In this document: positions 8,821-18,624 of the stretch, piece after piece | How the letters are laid out: each line of letters starts with the position of its first letter | Position numbering within the stretch: the stretch's first letter is position 1 | From: Desulfomonilia bacterium | GTDB lineage: Bacteria > Desulfobacterota > Desulfomonilia > UBA1062 | NCBI GenBank assembly: GCA_050014195.1 | Contig: JBEKDT010000011.1 | Location: 96,001 to 160,000, forward strand | Length of the DNA stretch: 64,000 bases | Direction of reading: 5' to 3' | Program-made: the position numbers and the translations under genes | The notes under the pieces: generated by a model | The model's input: only the letters and a program-made list of their open reading frames with translations | Databases searched by the model: none | What the model was told of the DNA's origin: nothing

Positions 8821-9669
8821 ATGAAGGTCATAAAGACATCTTTTGTTCGTATTTTTTTTCTCATCCTGATGTGCTTATTCATGAGCAGCATAGCTTTTGC
8901 AGAAAAAACACTGGTAGTTGCGGTCAACGCGAACTGGCCCCCCATGCAGATGAAAGACGGCAAAGGGAATGTAAACGGCTACGAGATCGACCTGTTGAAG
9001 GCTATCGCCGCAGAGGCCGGGTTCAAGTTCAAGATGGTGAATGCTTCCTGGAGGAATATCTTCAATGATCTGAATGCAGGCAAGTATGATGCGATCATGG
9101 CATCCGTGAGCATTACTGACGGCAAAAAGGAGAAGTTTGACTTTTCCGATCCCTACTTTACTGCCGAACAAATCCTCCTAGTCCCCAAGGCAAAGGTAAA
9201 TGCACAGCTTGCCGGCAAGACAATGGCGGTCTTTAAATTAACAACAGGTGCAGAGGCTGTCAGGAGCACTCAGGGCTGCAACATCACCTACTATACGGTC
9301 GAGGAAACCGAGCAAGCCTTCAAGGACCTGTCCAAGGGTTATCTCGACGGCGTGCTCTGCGATTCACCGGTGGCCTATAACTATGCCGCCAAGTACAATG
9401 GCAAGCTTGCCATGAAGAACGACGCATGCGCCTTGGCAAAAAAATCAGCCAATGAAGAATACGGGGTCGTGGTAAAGAAAGGCGACTCTGAAACCCTTGA
9501 TCTCATTAACAAAGGCCTGAAGGCCGTCAAAGAAAAAGGGATCGAAGCAAAGATCAAGGATAAGTGGTTCAGAGAAATCATCCTGGCTTCCGGGGCTAAG
9601 ACACAAGACTCCAAATTGGCATCAGAGATCATGACAGGCCCCCAGAACTCACCGGTTTCGGACAAATAA
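8821..9669 (+). CDS. Amino-acid ABC transporter substrate-binding protein (family 3), orphan
   Basis: Signal peptide, WPPMQ, GYEIDL, FDFSDPY. Confidence 0.88.
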   Translation: MKVIKTSFVRIFFLILMCLFMSSIAFAEKTLVVAVNANWPPMQMKDGKGNVNGYEIDLLKAIAAEAGFKFKMVNASWRNIFNDLNAGKYDAIMASVSITDGKKEKFDFSDPYFTAEQILLVPKAKVNAQLAGKTMAVFKLTTGAEAVRSTQGCNITYYTVEETEQAFKDLSKGYLDGVLCDSPVAYNYAAKYNGKLAMKNDACALAKKSANEEYGVVVKKGDSETLDLINKGLKAVKEKGIEAKIKDKWFREIILASGAKTQDSKLASEIMTGPQNSPVSDK

Positions 9670-9702
9670 CCCAACTTATTTAGACAATTATTGAGTATTA
9701 TG

Positions 9703-9741
9703 AGGCTTTCTCCTGCCGATATGGCAGGAGAAAGCCTTTTT
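9703..9741 (+). terminator. Rho-independent terminator
   Basis: AGGCTTTCTCCTGCC-gatat-GGCAGGAGAAAGCCT then TTTT. Confidence 0.85.
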
Positions 9742-9902
9742 ATCGATCTGATGAGTTCTGTTTCACTGACTTAAAATATTTATCATCGACCATGATCGCG
9801 ATAACCCCCTAAATCACAAATTCTTTTATACCTCTCACATCCTCTTGATGATAAACTCATCTAAACTTATTAAATGTGCCAATAGGATCGATAAGAAATG
9901 TT

Positions 9903-11582
9903 ATGAGAATAATCTATCTAACCGACATACACGGCGATTTTGAGCGTGTGAAAAACCTCCTCTCGGAGACGGTTGCGCAGCTGTACATCATTTCCGGCGA
10001 TCTCATCGATATCCCTTTTTACAACATGGAGACCTCCATCCGATATCACGAGCTCCAGTCATATTTCCACGGTCTGAGAATGAGCTTGAAAGAGGAGGAT
10101 AAGTTACTGGAGGATTTTGTTGAACAACTCCTTGAGAGTCCCAATGTTAATGAAGAGATCGAGGAAAAAGGAACTAAATATCAGCAATATACCATTCGGG
10201 CGCGTCGTGTGATGCAGCAGAAATACAAGGTATTGAAAAATATCATCTCCATGAAAAAGAAATCTCGTGTCTTATGCCTGCCCGGCAATTACGACATGGA
10301 CCTCAAATATACGGCCCTGCATGATAATGATCTGCATCTGCACTGGTATAAGATTGATGACTTTCGCATATGCGGCTATGGCGGAGCCGAAGTATGGACC
10401 CCGGGGATACCGGAACGGTATATCGTGAGGTACCAGGCCGGCATGAACACATATGGAAAAAGAAATGGGAAGAAAAACGAGATGTACCCCTTCTTCCGGG
10501 TTGTCAAGCCGGACATCATCGTGGCCCACCAACCTGCCTACGGGGTGCATGACAACACGACGGCAGGCGGGGCTTTCGGATCACCTGTACTACGCACCTA
10601 TTGCGACGACAACCCGGTACTCTTATGCCTGACCGGCCATGCTCATGATTCCTGGGGTGTGGCCCTCCATGAGAACACCCTCTACCTCAATCCATCCAAT
10701 TTTGGAGAAGTCACCGGACCCACCGGGGAGGTAGCAGAAGGCGGTTTTTTCTACCAGATCGAGACCGAACATCTCAAGGTGAAGAGTATCATTTTTAAGA
10801 AGTTCTACGATGGAAGGATATTCGACATAGCCGATTACTACTCTGATGGGAAAAAATGGGTGGAAAAGATTATTGACCATGAACGCTACGATGCCCTCAA
10901 GAACCGACAGAACTTTGATATGAAGGACATTAAATACTCTCATATCCCCCAGATACAGCTCTTCAAAGAGATCAAGGAATTCTTCCGGATGTTTCAGACC
11001 CCCGAGACCGAAGATCGCGTCGACAAGCTTGAAGAGGTGGTACAACTCCTGGAAGACAAGATCCCTGGCGACATCGCTATGGATGTCATGGGTTCGGTGA
11101 ACATGGGCACCTCGCAGGCCGGTTCCGACATCGATCTGGTGCTCTATCTGAGATGCAACTCCGACTGCATTGACGGCCATAATGATTGCATATTCTCGCA
11201 GAGTGCTCAATTCATGATCAAGGAATACTTGGGCCACGAGTACGAGCCTCATTTCTTGGATTGTATCGATCTCAACCGGGTGGGAAAAAGCATCATGGAA
11301 AAGAACTTCGAATGCGAGACTCTCCAGCGTTTTGTTGCCTACCGCTCCATTTGTCGACCAATCAATTATCGTGTAATCGCGCCCATTGAGGACATGCTCA
11401 ACCAGGACATAATCTTCAAAAAGGAGGTGGAGGGGAGCATTCAGTCTTATATCCAGATCTTTTCAAACACCTCGGCGAATGTAAGATCACTCAAGAAATA
11501 TGAATCCCGGCTGAACGAGTTGGGAATCAAGGTGCCTGAATCAATCAAACGCACTATCAAGCAGTATCTGAACGAAAACTGA
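9903..11582 (+). CDS. Calcineurin-like metallophosphoesterase fused to a C-terminal pol-beta-family nucleotidyltransferase
   Basis: TDIHG, SGDLID, PGNYD, AHQP and TGHAH; C-terminal MGSVNMG...SDIDLVLY (GS..DxD) with a later Asp (FLDCID). Confidence 0.8.
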   Translation: MRIIYLTDIHGDFERVKNLLSETVAQLYIISGDLIDIPFYNMETSIRYHELQSYFHGLRMSLKEEDKLLEDFVEQLLESPNVNEEIEEKGTKYQQYTIRARRVMQQKYKVLKNIISMKKKSRVLCLPGNYDMDLKYTALHDNDLHLHWYKIDDFRICGYGGAEVWTPGIPERYIVRYQAGMNTYGKRNGKKNEMYPFFRVVKPDIIVAHQPAYGVHDNTTAGGAFGSPVLRTYCDDNPVLLCLTGHAHDSWGVALHENTLYLNPSNFGEVTGPTGEVAEGGFFYQIETEHLKVKSIIFKKFYDGRIFDIADYYSDGKKWVEKIIDHERYDALKNRQNFDMKDIKYSHIPQIQLFKEIKEFFRMFQTPETEDRVDKLEEVVQLLEDKIPGDIAMDVMGSVNMGTSQAGSDIDLVLYLRCNSDCIDGHNDCIFSQSAQFMIKEYLGHEYEPHFLDCIDLNRVGKSIMEKNFECETLQRFVAYRSICRPINYRVIAPIEDMLNQDIIFKKEVEGSIQSYIQIFSNTSANVRSLKKYESRLNELGIKVPESIKRTIKQYLNEN

Positions 11583-11836
11583 TGGAATAGCCTATTTACC
11601 TGTTATACAGCTCCACCTTAAATCGGTCGATGAAATACCATCTTGATAATATCCGTAAGACTGATGAATCGCTGATCTCCATTTATGCCCCACGAACACC
11701 ACCCGGGCCATAATGTCATATCTGCCGACCTGCCCCAACGGTCGGCATCACTTATATGTCAGGATTTACTTTTCCTTCCAATAGAGTTATAGGAAACCAA
11801 AGTCTTTATATGAATACATACTATAGGGCATATACA

Positions 11837-12559
11837 ATGAAAAATTATCTTTATAAACTCATCATATATAGTGTTACAGACCTCTGCTATAACAACTGTC
11901 TGAATTACTTCCCTTCAGGTTCTAGGATCCTGGATGTAGGTATCGGCAATGGTATGATGCTGCGTAATTACCATTCACTGATCAAGTCCAAAAACTTCTC
12001 AATCGTCGGAATCGACATAAACAAAGAATACTTAAGCCATTGCGGCAGTCTGATCAGGAATTGCAGGCTCGAAGACCAGATCCGGATTTTTCACGAGCCG
12101 GTGGAGTGTTATGAGCCGCCCGAGCAGGGGTATTTCGATTTCATCCTGTTCAGCATGAGCTTCATGCTTTTCAATGATCAGGAACTGGTGCTCGACCGCA
12201 TTAGGGGTTGGTTGAAACCGGGTGGGAAAATACTCTTTTTCCAGACCATGTTCCACAATCGTTCTTTATTTATGGAGTTCATTAAACCCAAGCTCAAATA
12301 TTTCACTACCGTCGACTTCGGGCGGGTTACCTATGATGAAGGCTTCTTTGACTTGCTTCAAAAGAAGAAGCTTGCCATCGTAGAGGACAGACTCATCAAG
12401 AAGGAATGGTTTAAGGGTGAATACCGTCTTATCATATCCAGCCTGGAAAACGGCAAAGCCGCAAAGAGTGCGGCGAGAGTGTCCAGGATCGAGCCTGCTT
12501 ATCTGAGGCCCCGTCAATTGAAAAAAGCGGGAAGAAAATCCCACACCATCGAATATTAA
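11837..12559 (+). CDS. Class I SAM-dependent methyltransferase
   Basis: ILDVGIGNG, GIDIN, FDFILFS, LKPGG. Confidence 0.85.
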   Translation: MKNYLYKLIIYSVTDLCYNNCLNYFPSGSRILDVGIGNGMMLRNYHSLIKSKNFSIVGIDINKEYLSHCGSLIRNCRLEDQIRIFHEPVECYEPPEQGYFDFILFSMSFMLFNDQELVLDRIRGWLKPGGKILFFQTMFHNRSLFMEFIKPKLKYFTTVDFGRVTYDEGFFDLLQKKKLAIVEDRLIKKEWFKGEYRLIISSLENGKAAKSAARVSRIEPAYLRPRQLKKAGRKSHTIEY

Positions 12560-12705
12560 GCCCCAGGCCCTTTTCCTTCATCAATACTATTCGGGTTGGA
12601 TTTCCGGTAGAAGGTTCGGGTTTCATGCCGGAAAAGAGGTTCTTGATACTATATGCCCCTGACACACTCAAACAACATCTCACATGAGGTGTATTTAAAA
12701 AATCC

Positions 12706-13185
12706 ATGATTCAAGGATTCTTTAAGAAATACATCATCACACCGATTACGGCCCTGATGAGACAGGGACTCACACCGCAGATACTTGCCTTAAGCATGGC
12801 CAGTGGCATTATCATAGGCACATTTCCCCTTGTCGGCACCACTACGGCCATTTGTACCATGGTGGTAATCGTATTCCGTATGAACCTCCTTGTGGCACAA
12901 CTTGGAAACTGGCTGGTATACCCCTTACAGCTCCTTTTGATCGTGCCTTTTATTATCATGGGCAAGCACCTCTTCGGGTCGCCTTCCACCCTGGATCCAT
13001 CTCACCTGGTAACCTTGCTCCGCACTGATCTCTGGACAACCCTTCAGCTGTTCTCGAAAATGATCATCCATGCAACGGCTGCCTGGGCACTCTGTGCACC
13101 TCTGGCCTTTGCAGCTGTCTATGCAGTGATCTACCCCCTTTTCAGGCACCTCCATGCTCGTTTGGAGCGTAAAAATCCCGCCTGA
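12706..13185 (+). CDS. DUF2062-like membrane protein
   Basis: RBS GAGGT; GLTPQILALSMASGIIIGTFP..GTTT, N..VYPLQ pattern. Confidence 0.75.
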   Translation: MIQGFFKKYIITPITALMRQGLTPQILALSMASGIIIGTFPLVGTTTAICTMVVIVFRMNLLVAQLGNWLVYPLQLLLIVPFIIMGKHLFGSPSTLDPSHLVTLLRTDLWTTLQLFSKMIIHATAAWALCAPLAFAAVYAVIYPLFRHLHARLERKNPA

Positions 13186-13313
13186 TTGAAATGCTTCAAA
13201 CCTTTGCCGGGTTTACATAGGGAGAATGCCCTCCTCAATTTGAGATAAACGTATGAAATGATTTGCCGTGAACATCATTGCATGCACCCTTTACTTGCAG
13301 TATAGGTCCGCTC

Positions 13314-13841
13314 ATGATGAACCGGAAATGCATCCTTCTCCATACATGTTGCGCACCATGCTCCTCTGCCGTTGTGGAGAGGCTGCACGAGCAGGGATAT
13401 GATGTGGTACTATACTTCAGCAACTCCAACATCCATCCCGAGGAAGAATATCTTAAAAGGCTTGATGAAACCCGGAGACTAGCCGCGATGCAGGGTCTTG
13501 ACCTTGTTGAAGACGTGTATGACCATGATGCATGGCTCGCTCACATACGAGGTCTTGAAGATGAGCCCGAGCGAGGGAGACGCTGCCTCAAATGCTTTGA
13601 ATACAACCTGGGCAGGGCATCCGGCATGGCGCAAAGGCTTGGAGTTCCAGACTTCACCACCACGCTCACCGTAAGCCGCCACAAGTCATCCGGAGACATC
13701 TTCGCAGTGGGAAGCACAATGCCCGGATTCCTAGCCATAGATTTCAAGAAACAGGACGGTTACGCCCGGAGCATCAAACTCAGTATCCAGTTCAATCTCT
13801 ACCGCCAGGGGTATTGCGGTTGTGAGTTCAGTAAAAGGTAG
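13314..13841 (+). CDS. queH: Epoxyqueuosine reductase QueH (DUF208)
   Basis: LLHTCCAPCS, NSNIHP, EPERGRRCLKC, YRQGYCGC. Confidence 0.9.
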   Translation: MMNRKCILLHTCCAPCSSAVVERLHEQGYDVVLYFSNSNIHPEEEYLKRLDETRRLAAMQGLDLVEDVYDHDAWLAHIRGLEDEPERGRRCLKCFEYNLGRASGMAQRLGVPDFTTTLTVSRHKSSGDIFAVGSTMPGFLAIDFKKQDGYARSIKLSIQFNLYRQGYCGCEFSKR

Positions 13842-13924
13842 TACATTTGCTTTTCCCTCGTATGAACCTATAGAATGATTATATTCCCGGCATCTAAAAA
13901 ATAACCCGGTTATGGAGGTGAGTC

Positions 13925-14149
13925 ATGGCAGGGAAGATCTTTTATCGTGAGAGGACAAAGGCAGGCCAAGGCGAGAAGAAACCCAGATTCTTCCTGGTGG
14001 CCGTGGCGGGATTAGACCTCAAGTTCCATGCCAAGCACGTTCGCAAGACCGAACTCGATAGGATAGCCAAAGAGTTAGGTGCGGAGCTTATCCTCCTGGA
14101 TCGTGATGCAGAGGGAAAATATGGGAGTGATGAGGTGGAGGTTGATTAA
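13925..14149 (+). CDS. 74-aa hypothetical protein, first gene of the storage-protein operon
   Basis: Strong RBS GGAGGTG; ends 25 nt before the next co-oriented gene; basic N-terminus and acidic tail. Confidence 0.75.
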   Translation: MAGKIFYRERTKAGQGEKKPRFFLVAVAGLDLKFHAKHVRKTELDRIAKELGAELILLDRDAEGKYGSDEVEVD

Positions 14150-14174
14150 GAACATGGCATGAAAGGATACACAT

Positions 14175-15008
14175 ATGGCCCTGGTCAGAGAGAAAGACGG
14201 TAAGCGCCTCCATGTAAAGAGCAGGCTCATGGGTGAAAGCCTGGTGAGGAAATCACTCTATGATGATATGGAGATTCCCCCCCAGCTCCGGTTGTTTCCC
14301 GAAGTGAATGTGGTGAAGATCGGCGGCCAGTCCATCTGCGACCGTGGGATCAAGGCCCTGCCGGCCATAATCAAGGAGATCGGGGCGGCCAAGGTCAGGC
14401 ACAAGATACTCCTGACTACAGGCGGCGGAACCAGGAGCAGGCATATCTATACAATCGCCCTGGAGCTGGGCATGCCCACGGGCATCATCGCCAGGTTTGC
14501 CAGTACCATATCAGAACAGAATGCAATCCTGCTTGCCACCCTGCTCGCCCCATGGGACGGTATCCGGATCCATCAGGACGACCTCCTGAAACTTCCTACG
14601 TACTATTCCCAGGGGTGCATCCCGGTCACCCAGGGCATGCCTCCCTTCGATTACTTTGCCCTGCCCCCTGAACACGGGAGGCTGCCTGTCCACCGGACTG
14701 ATGCCGGTACACTCCTCATAGCAAACCTCATCGGCGCAAAGAGCTGTATCCTCGTCAAGGACGAGGACGGTCTCTATACGGACAATCCAAAAACCAATGA
14801 GCATGCGGCCTTCATCCCGGAAATCGGGGCAAGGGAGCTCATGAAGAAGGACCTCGAAGACCTCGTCATCGAGCGCTCATGCCTGGAGATCCTGCAGAAC
14901 AGCGAGGTATTGGAACGGATACAGATAATAAACGGCCTTAAGGAAGGCAACATCACCCGGGCGCTCGCAGGGGAACACGTCGGCACTATCATCTACAAAG
15001 AAAAATGA
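14175..15008 (+). CDS. Molybdenum storage protein (MosA/MosB)-like, amino-acid-kinase fold, single subunit
   Basis: KIGGQSICDRG, TGGGTRSRHIY, GMPP, RTDAG, VKDEDGLYTDNPKT and GNITRALAGEHVGTII resemble Azotobacter MosB; N-terminal HVKSRLMGESL resembles the MosA extension. Confidence 0.82.
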   Translation: MALVREKDGKRLHVKSRLMGESLVRKSLYDDMEIPPQLRLFPEVNVVKIGGQSICDRGIKALPAIIKEIGAAKVRHKILLTTGGGTRSRHIYTIALELGMPTGIIARFASTISEQNAILLATLLAPWDGIRIHQDDLLKLPTYYSQGCIPVTQGMPPFDYFALPPEHGRLPVHRTDAGTLLIANLIGAKSCILVKDEDGLYTDNPKTNEHAAFIPEIGARELMKKDLEDLVIERSCLEILQNSEVLERIQIINGLKEGNITRALAGEHVGTIIYKEK

Positions 15009-15268
15009 GGCTTATATGTGTCTCACAAAGAGTCGATTCAAAGTATAAAATGTCAGGAGTCACACCCTGATCAGATCTGATATTATCTCTATAGATCTTA
15101 TTCCAAGATTATCGGTTTGCAAGCCTTTGGGAAGCGGCGATTTATCGAAGGAATCAATGGTTCATAACCACCGAAACAATAAGTCCCATTCCTTGATAAT
15201 TCATCCTTAGCTATTCCTCTAACCACTGGCAAGACTTTATCTCTGCCAGTGCCACGTTATGACTTCAA

Positions 15269-16513
15269 TCATTTCTCATCCAAATGTAGTTCGCTGACCA
15301 ATAAAAGAGCATCATTTATCGCCAACTTCTGGAGTTCAAGCAAAACATTATTTGCATCGGGTACAGGCGCGCGGTCAACGAGATCATCAGTCAACATCGC
15401 CAAGGCGGCCAATAGACCTGCGGTATTCTTTGCATGTTGATCATGTAAGAGCTGAAATACTTTGAGATGAGGGAGTGAATCAACCACATGGCCTACATAG
15501 CTGTGCGGTTGAAGATCGGTGATACCTTTTTTGTGAAGGAGACCGTTACGGTAGTTGTTCAGTTCGATCAAATACTCGGACTTGACCATCTCAAGGAGAA
15601 AGTGACCGTAATAGGTTTCCTTCATCCGCAAAGGAAGCGATCGATTCAGCGCTTCGAGCTTTGCTTTGTGCGTTTTTTTCGCATCAAGACCCTCTATTTG
15701 AAAGACGGTAGCTACAAGAGCCAAAATCTTCTCGATTGATGCCTTCAAATACGTAACCATCAGATCGGCGTGCATGATACCGTACATCTCAGCCTTTACA
15801 ATAAGCGATTCGCGTTTTTCCTCACGGACTTTAAATACAAGGGTGAGGTATTCGAGCAGCAAAAGAGCCGTCTTCTCCTGAAGAAACAGAGTATCGTAAA
15901 GATACGGAATAATCCCATCACTGTTGGGATGGTTTGCTTGACGAACGGAGTTAAAAGCGAAGGCCGCATCAATCTCAAGAAAATATTGCATAGATACAAT
16001 GGGAACTTTGACGACCATAGGATACACAAGTAAGCAAATCCCAGGCACTCGAAGCTTGAGCTGAAGATTTAGTGGGGGATTGGATGCCAATATGTCGCGA
16101 AACAGCATACGAGTCAATATAGTGTGCGTTGCCAGAGCATCAGCTTTGGTCTGGTCTAGTTCTGTTAAGTAGGAATTGGTCCACTCCCTTGAACCATGCC
16201 AGTGCATAAGCCTGAATAACTCGGGTCCATAGTCTTCTTCTTTGCCAAATACTTCCTTGATAAATGTTTTTTTTGCTGCTGCCTATATTTTGTCTTGCGA
16301 CGGAGACCATGATTGTGTCAGCACTGCAACTATTTTTCGGCGGAGGGGCTCCTCATTCCATAACACCCAAGGATGGACAGCTGTAAACATCGAGCCTTTC
16401 TGAAATTTTCCGTCACTTAACACGACCACATAGTCATCATGGGGCTTTAAGGTAGTTTCCCACAGCCAATCAATCGGTGTACTGATGAGTTTGCGTATAT
16501 CGATATGTTTCAT
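15269..16513 (-). pseudogene. HEPN-like (RxxxxH) protein gene interrupted by one in-frame TAG; pseudogene or readthrough gene
   Basis: ORFs 16283..16522 and 15269..16207 share a frame (78 nt offset). The 25 codons between them are open and the only stop is TAG at 16283-16285. NNYRNGLLH motif in the C-terminal part. Confidence 0.65.
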
Positions 16514-16806
16514 GGCCACCAAAAAGCTTTGTTAGTATTATGTAAGAGTGTGGTCTTGCCTGCTGAACAATAACAATACTGCATTTTGCTTCACTTGTAT
16601 ATTTTTCTAAAGCTTAATTGCAGTATATTCTGATAATAAGCACACTGCAATATGGTTGTTATAATTTTTAACCATAGATTTTGTGCCAAAAGTAACGGAC
16701 TGAGTTGGATTTGCACCATGCATAGATTACAGAGATCTATATTCTTGATCAAAAGGAGATAAGAGAGACCGTATACGTTTCAATGAATTTTAATGTAATG
16801 TTAGTA

Positions 16807-16848
16807 ATTTCTTCTGGTGTAGTTGTCAGTATCTACACCAGAAGAAAT
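16807..16848 (-). terminator. Terminator-like hairpin after the USP gene
   Basis: ATTTCTTCTGGTGTAG / CTACACCAGAAGAAAT, perfect 16-bp inverted repeat. Confidence 0.8.
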
Positions 16849-16855
16849 AAGAAAA

Positions 16856-17311
16856 TCAATGCGATTGCCGAATAACCATCACGGGACATTCCGCTGCTCT
16901 GACAATCTTATCTGTAACACTGCCTATGAGATACTTCAGGATGCCTGTCTTGCCATGGGACGCAATAACAATTAGATCAAACTTGTTTTTCTTCTGTTCA
17001 TCCAATAAAACCTCAGCAGGTATTCCATTCTTAACTTCAAAGGAGATGTCCACCTTCGTTGATCCCTTCAAGGAATTAATTGTTTTATTGAGCTTGTCTG
17101 TTGATGCTTTCATGATTTCATTTTTTAACTGCTCTATTGCCTCATTGCTAACACAATAATCAGCCGCACACTGTCGTATGTTCTCATCAATGACATGCAA
17201 AAGAATAATCTTGGCATTATACTGTGATGCAATATCAACAGCTATTTGTAATGCCTTATCCGAGTATTGTGAAAAATCTGTTGGAACGAGAATTTTTTTT
17301 GGTGAGAACAT
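16856..17311 (-). CDS. Universal stress protein (UspA family)
   Basis: KILVPTDFS, DLIVIASHGKTG...GSVTDKIVRAAECPV; RBS GGAGG. Confidence 0.92.
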   Translation of the reverse strand: MFSPKKILVPTDFSQYSDKALQIAVDIASQYNAKIILLHVIDENIRQCAADYCVSNEAIEQLKNEIMKASTDKLNKTINSLKGSTKVDISFEVKNGIPAEVLLDEQKKNKFDLIVIASHGKTGILKYLIGSVTDKIVRAAECPVMVIRQSH

Positions 17312-17535
17312 GATTATCAACCTCCATTTAAAGTATTCTTCCAGGGAAGGAGTCATAGAAGATACCATGATAATAGTAATGAAATTACAGCAATCAAGGT
17401 GGTAAGTTAATTATTATTATAATAAGTGAAGATCTTGTGCCATACTACTCGCTTTGACCTTATTGAATATCTCCTTCGCAAATATAAAGAGAAGAGATTG
17501 TAATTCTACCCGGGATCATTCAAGGGGATGGGGTG

Positions 17536-18624
17536 TTATGACTTCTTGATGACATGAACCGCCGTAGCCTTGAATGCAGCGATCGCCTGCATGCCGGCCT
17601 CCACATGGAGATCATCCATTGCCTGCGGGGTTACATAGGCGCTGAGCAGGAAGCCGCAGTCGATCTGTATCTTGAAGAACAGCCCGATGGGCTGGACTTT
17701 TATGACCTTGCCCGTAAAGATATTGCGGGCACTGGAATCCGGTGGGTGGTCACCGGGGAATATCATCACGTGCTCAGGTCGTATGAAACACATGACCTGC
17801 TCCCCGGGTGCAAATGCCCCTACAGCAAAGATGTCACAACCATTGATCTTCACCTTGAGCACACCCCCGGAAGACCCTGCCACCTTACCCTCGAGCATGG
17901 TCTCGATCCCCACGAATACGGCCACCGTCTCATTGATCGGGTGGTTCATCACCTCGGCCGGGGGTCCGATCTGGATGATCCTTCCTCCATCCATCACGGC
18001 AATGCGCTTTGATAGCCGCAAGGCATCCATGCGGTCATGAGAGGCCATGATCGCGGTGGTGTGCTTTACACGCATGGCATGACCGAGATCCTCGATAATG
18101 GATTCCTTTGTCGGGGGGTCGAGGGATGCAAAGGGCTCGTCCAAGAAGATCATTTCCGGGTCCGTGGCAAAGGCCCTGGCCAGGCTTGTGCGTTGCGCCT
18201 CACCACCGGAGATCTTGCACGCCGATCGTGAGGCAAGATGCCCGATCCCGAACAATGCAAGGTGCTCCTCCACTAACGGCCGGGTCCGGGAACGCCCTAT
18301 TCTTCTGATCTTCAACCCCGAGGCCACATTGTCATATACGGTGGAATCGAAGAGCAGCGGCTCCTGGAACACCATGGCCAGGCGCCTTCTGTATGCAAGG
18401 AGTTCGGCCCCGTTTTTCACGGGCCGGCCGTGAAAGCTGAGCCCTCCATGCTCGAATCGTATAAGACCGGCCAGGCTTAACAGGAGTGTGGATTTTCCGG
18501 TCCCGTTCGGACCGATGATCGAGAGGAATTCCCCGGCCTTGACCGTTAGTTCCGGTATGTCAAGCACGGGAACCCCGCCCCGGCTGACCTGCAGATTGCG
18601 GACATCGAGGATGTTCTCGCTCAT
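17536..18624 (-). CDS. tupC: Tungstate ABC transporter ATPase with C-terminal TOBE domains
   Basis: GPNGTGKST, ISGGEAQR, DEPF; TOBE end FKATAVHV; start MSENIL overlaps the tupB stop (ATGA). Confidence 0.85.
   Translation of the reverse strand: MSENILDVRNLQVSRGGVPVLDIPELTVKAGEFLSIIGPNGTGKSTLLLSLAGLIRFEHGGLSFHGRPVKNGAELLAYRRRLAMVFQEPLLFDSTVYDNVASGLKIRRIGRSRTRPLVEEHLALFGIGHLASRSACKISGGEAQRTSLARAFATDPEMIFLDEPFASLDPPTKESIIEDLGHAMRVKHTTAIMASHDRMDALRLSKRIAVMDGGRIIQIGPPAEVMNHPINETVAVFVGIETMLEGKVAGSSGGVLKVKINGCDIFAVGAFAPGEQVMCFIRPEHVMIFPGDHPPDSSARNIFTGKVIKVQPIGLFFKIQIDCGFLLSAYVTPQAMDDLHVEAGMQAIAAFKATAVHVIKKS

Noticed and set aside
14175-15008. Uridylate kinase pyrH
   Set aside because: It lacks the PyrH KLSGE motif and the tsf/frr context; the motifs match Mo storage proteins.
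9903-16513. MNT-HEPN toxin-antitoxin pair formed by the NTase fusion and the HEPN-like gene
   Set aside because: They are about 3.7 kb apart, on opposite strands, with unrelated genes between them; no support for linkage.
16670-16690. sigma54 promoter (TGGCAC) upstream of the HEPN-like gene
   Set aside because: The -12 GC is missing at the required spacing.
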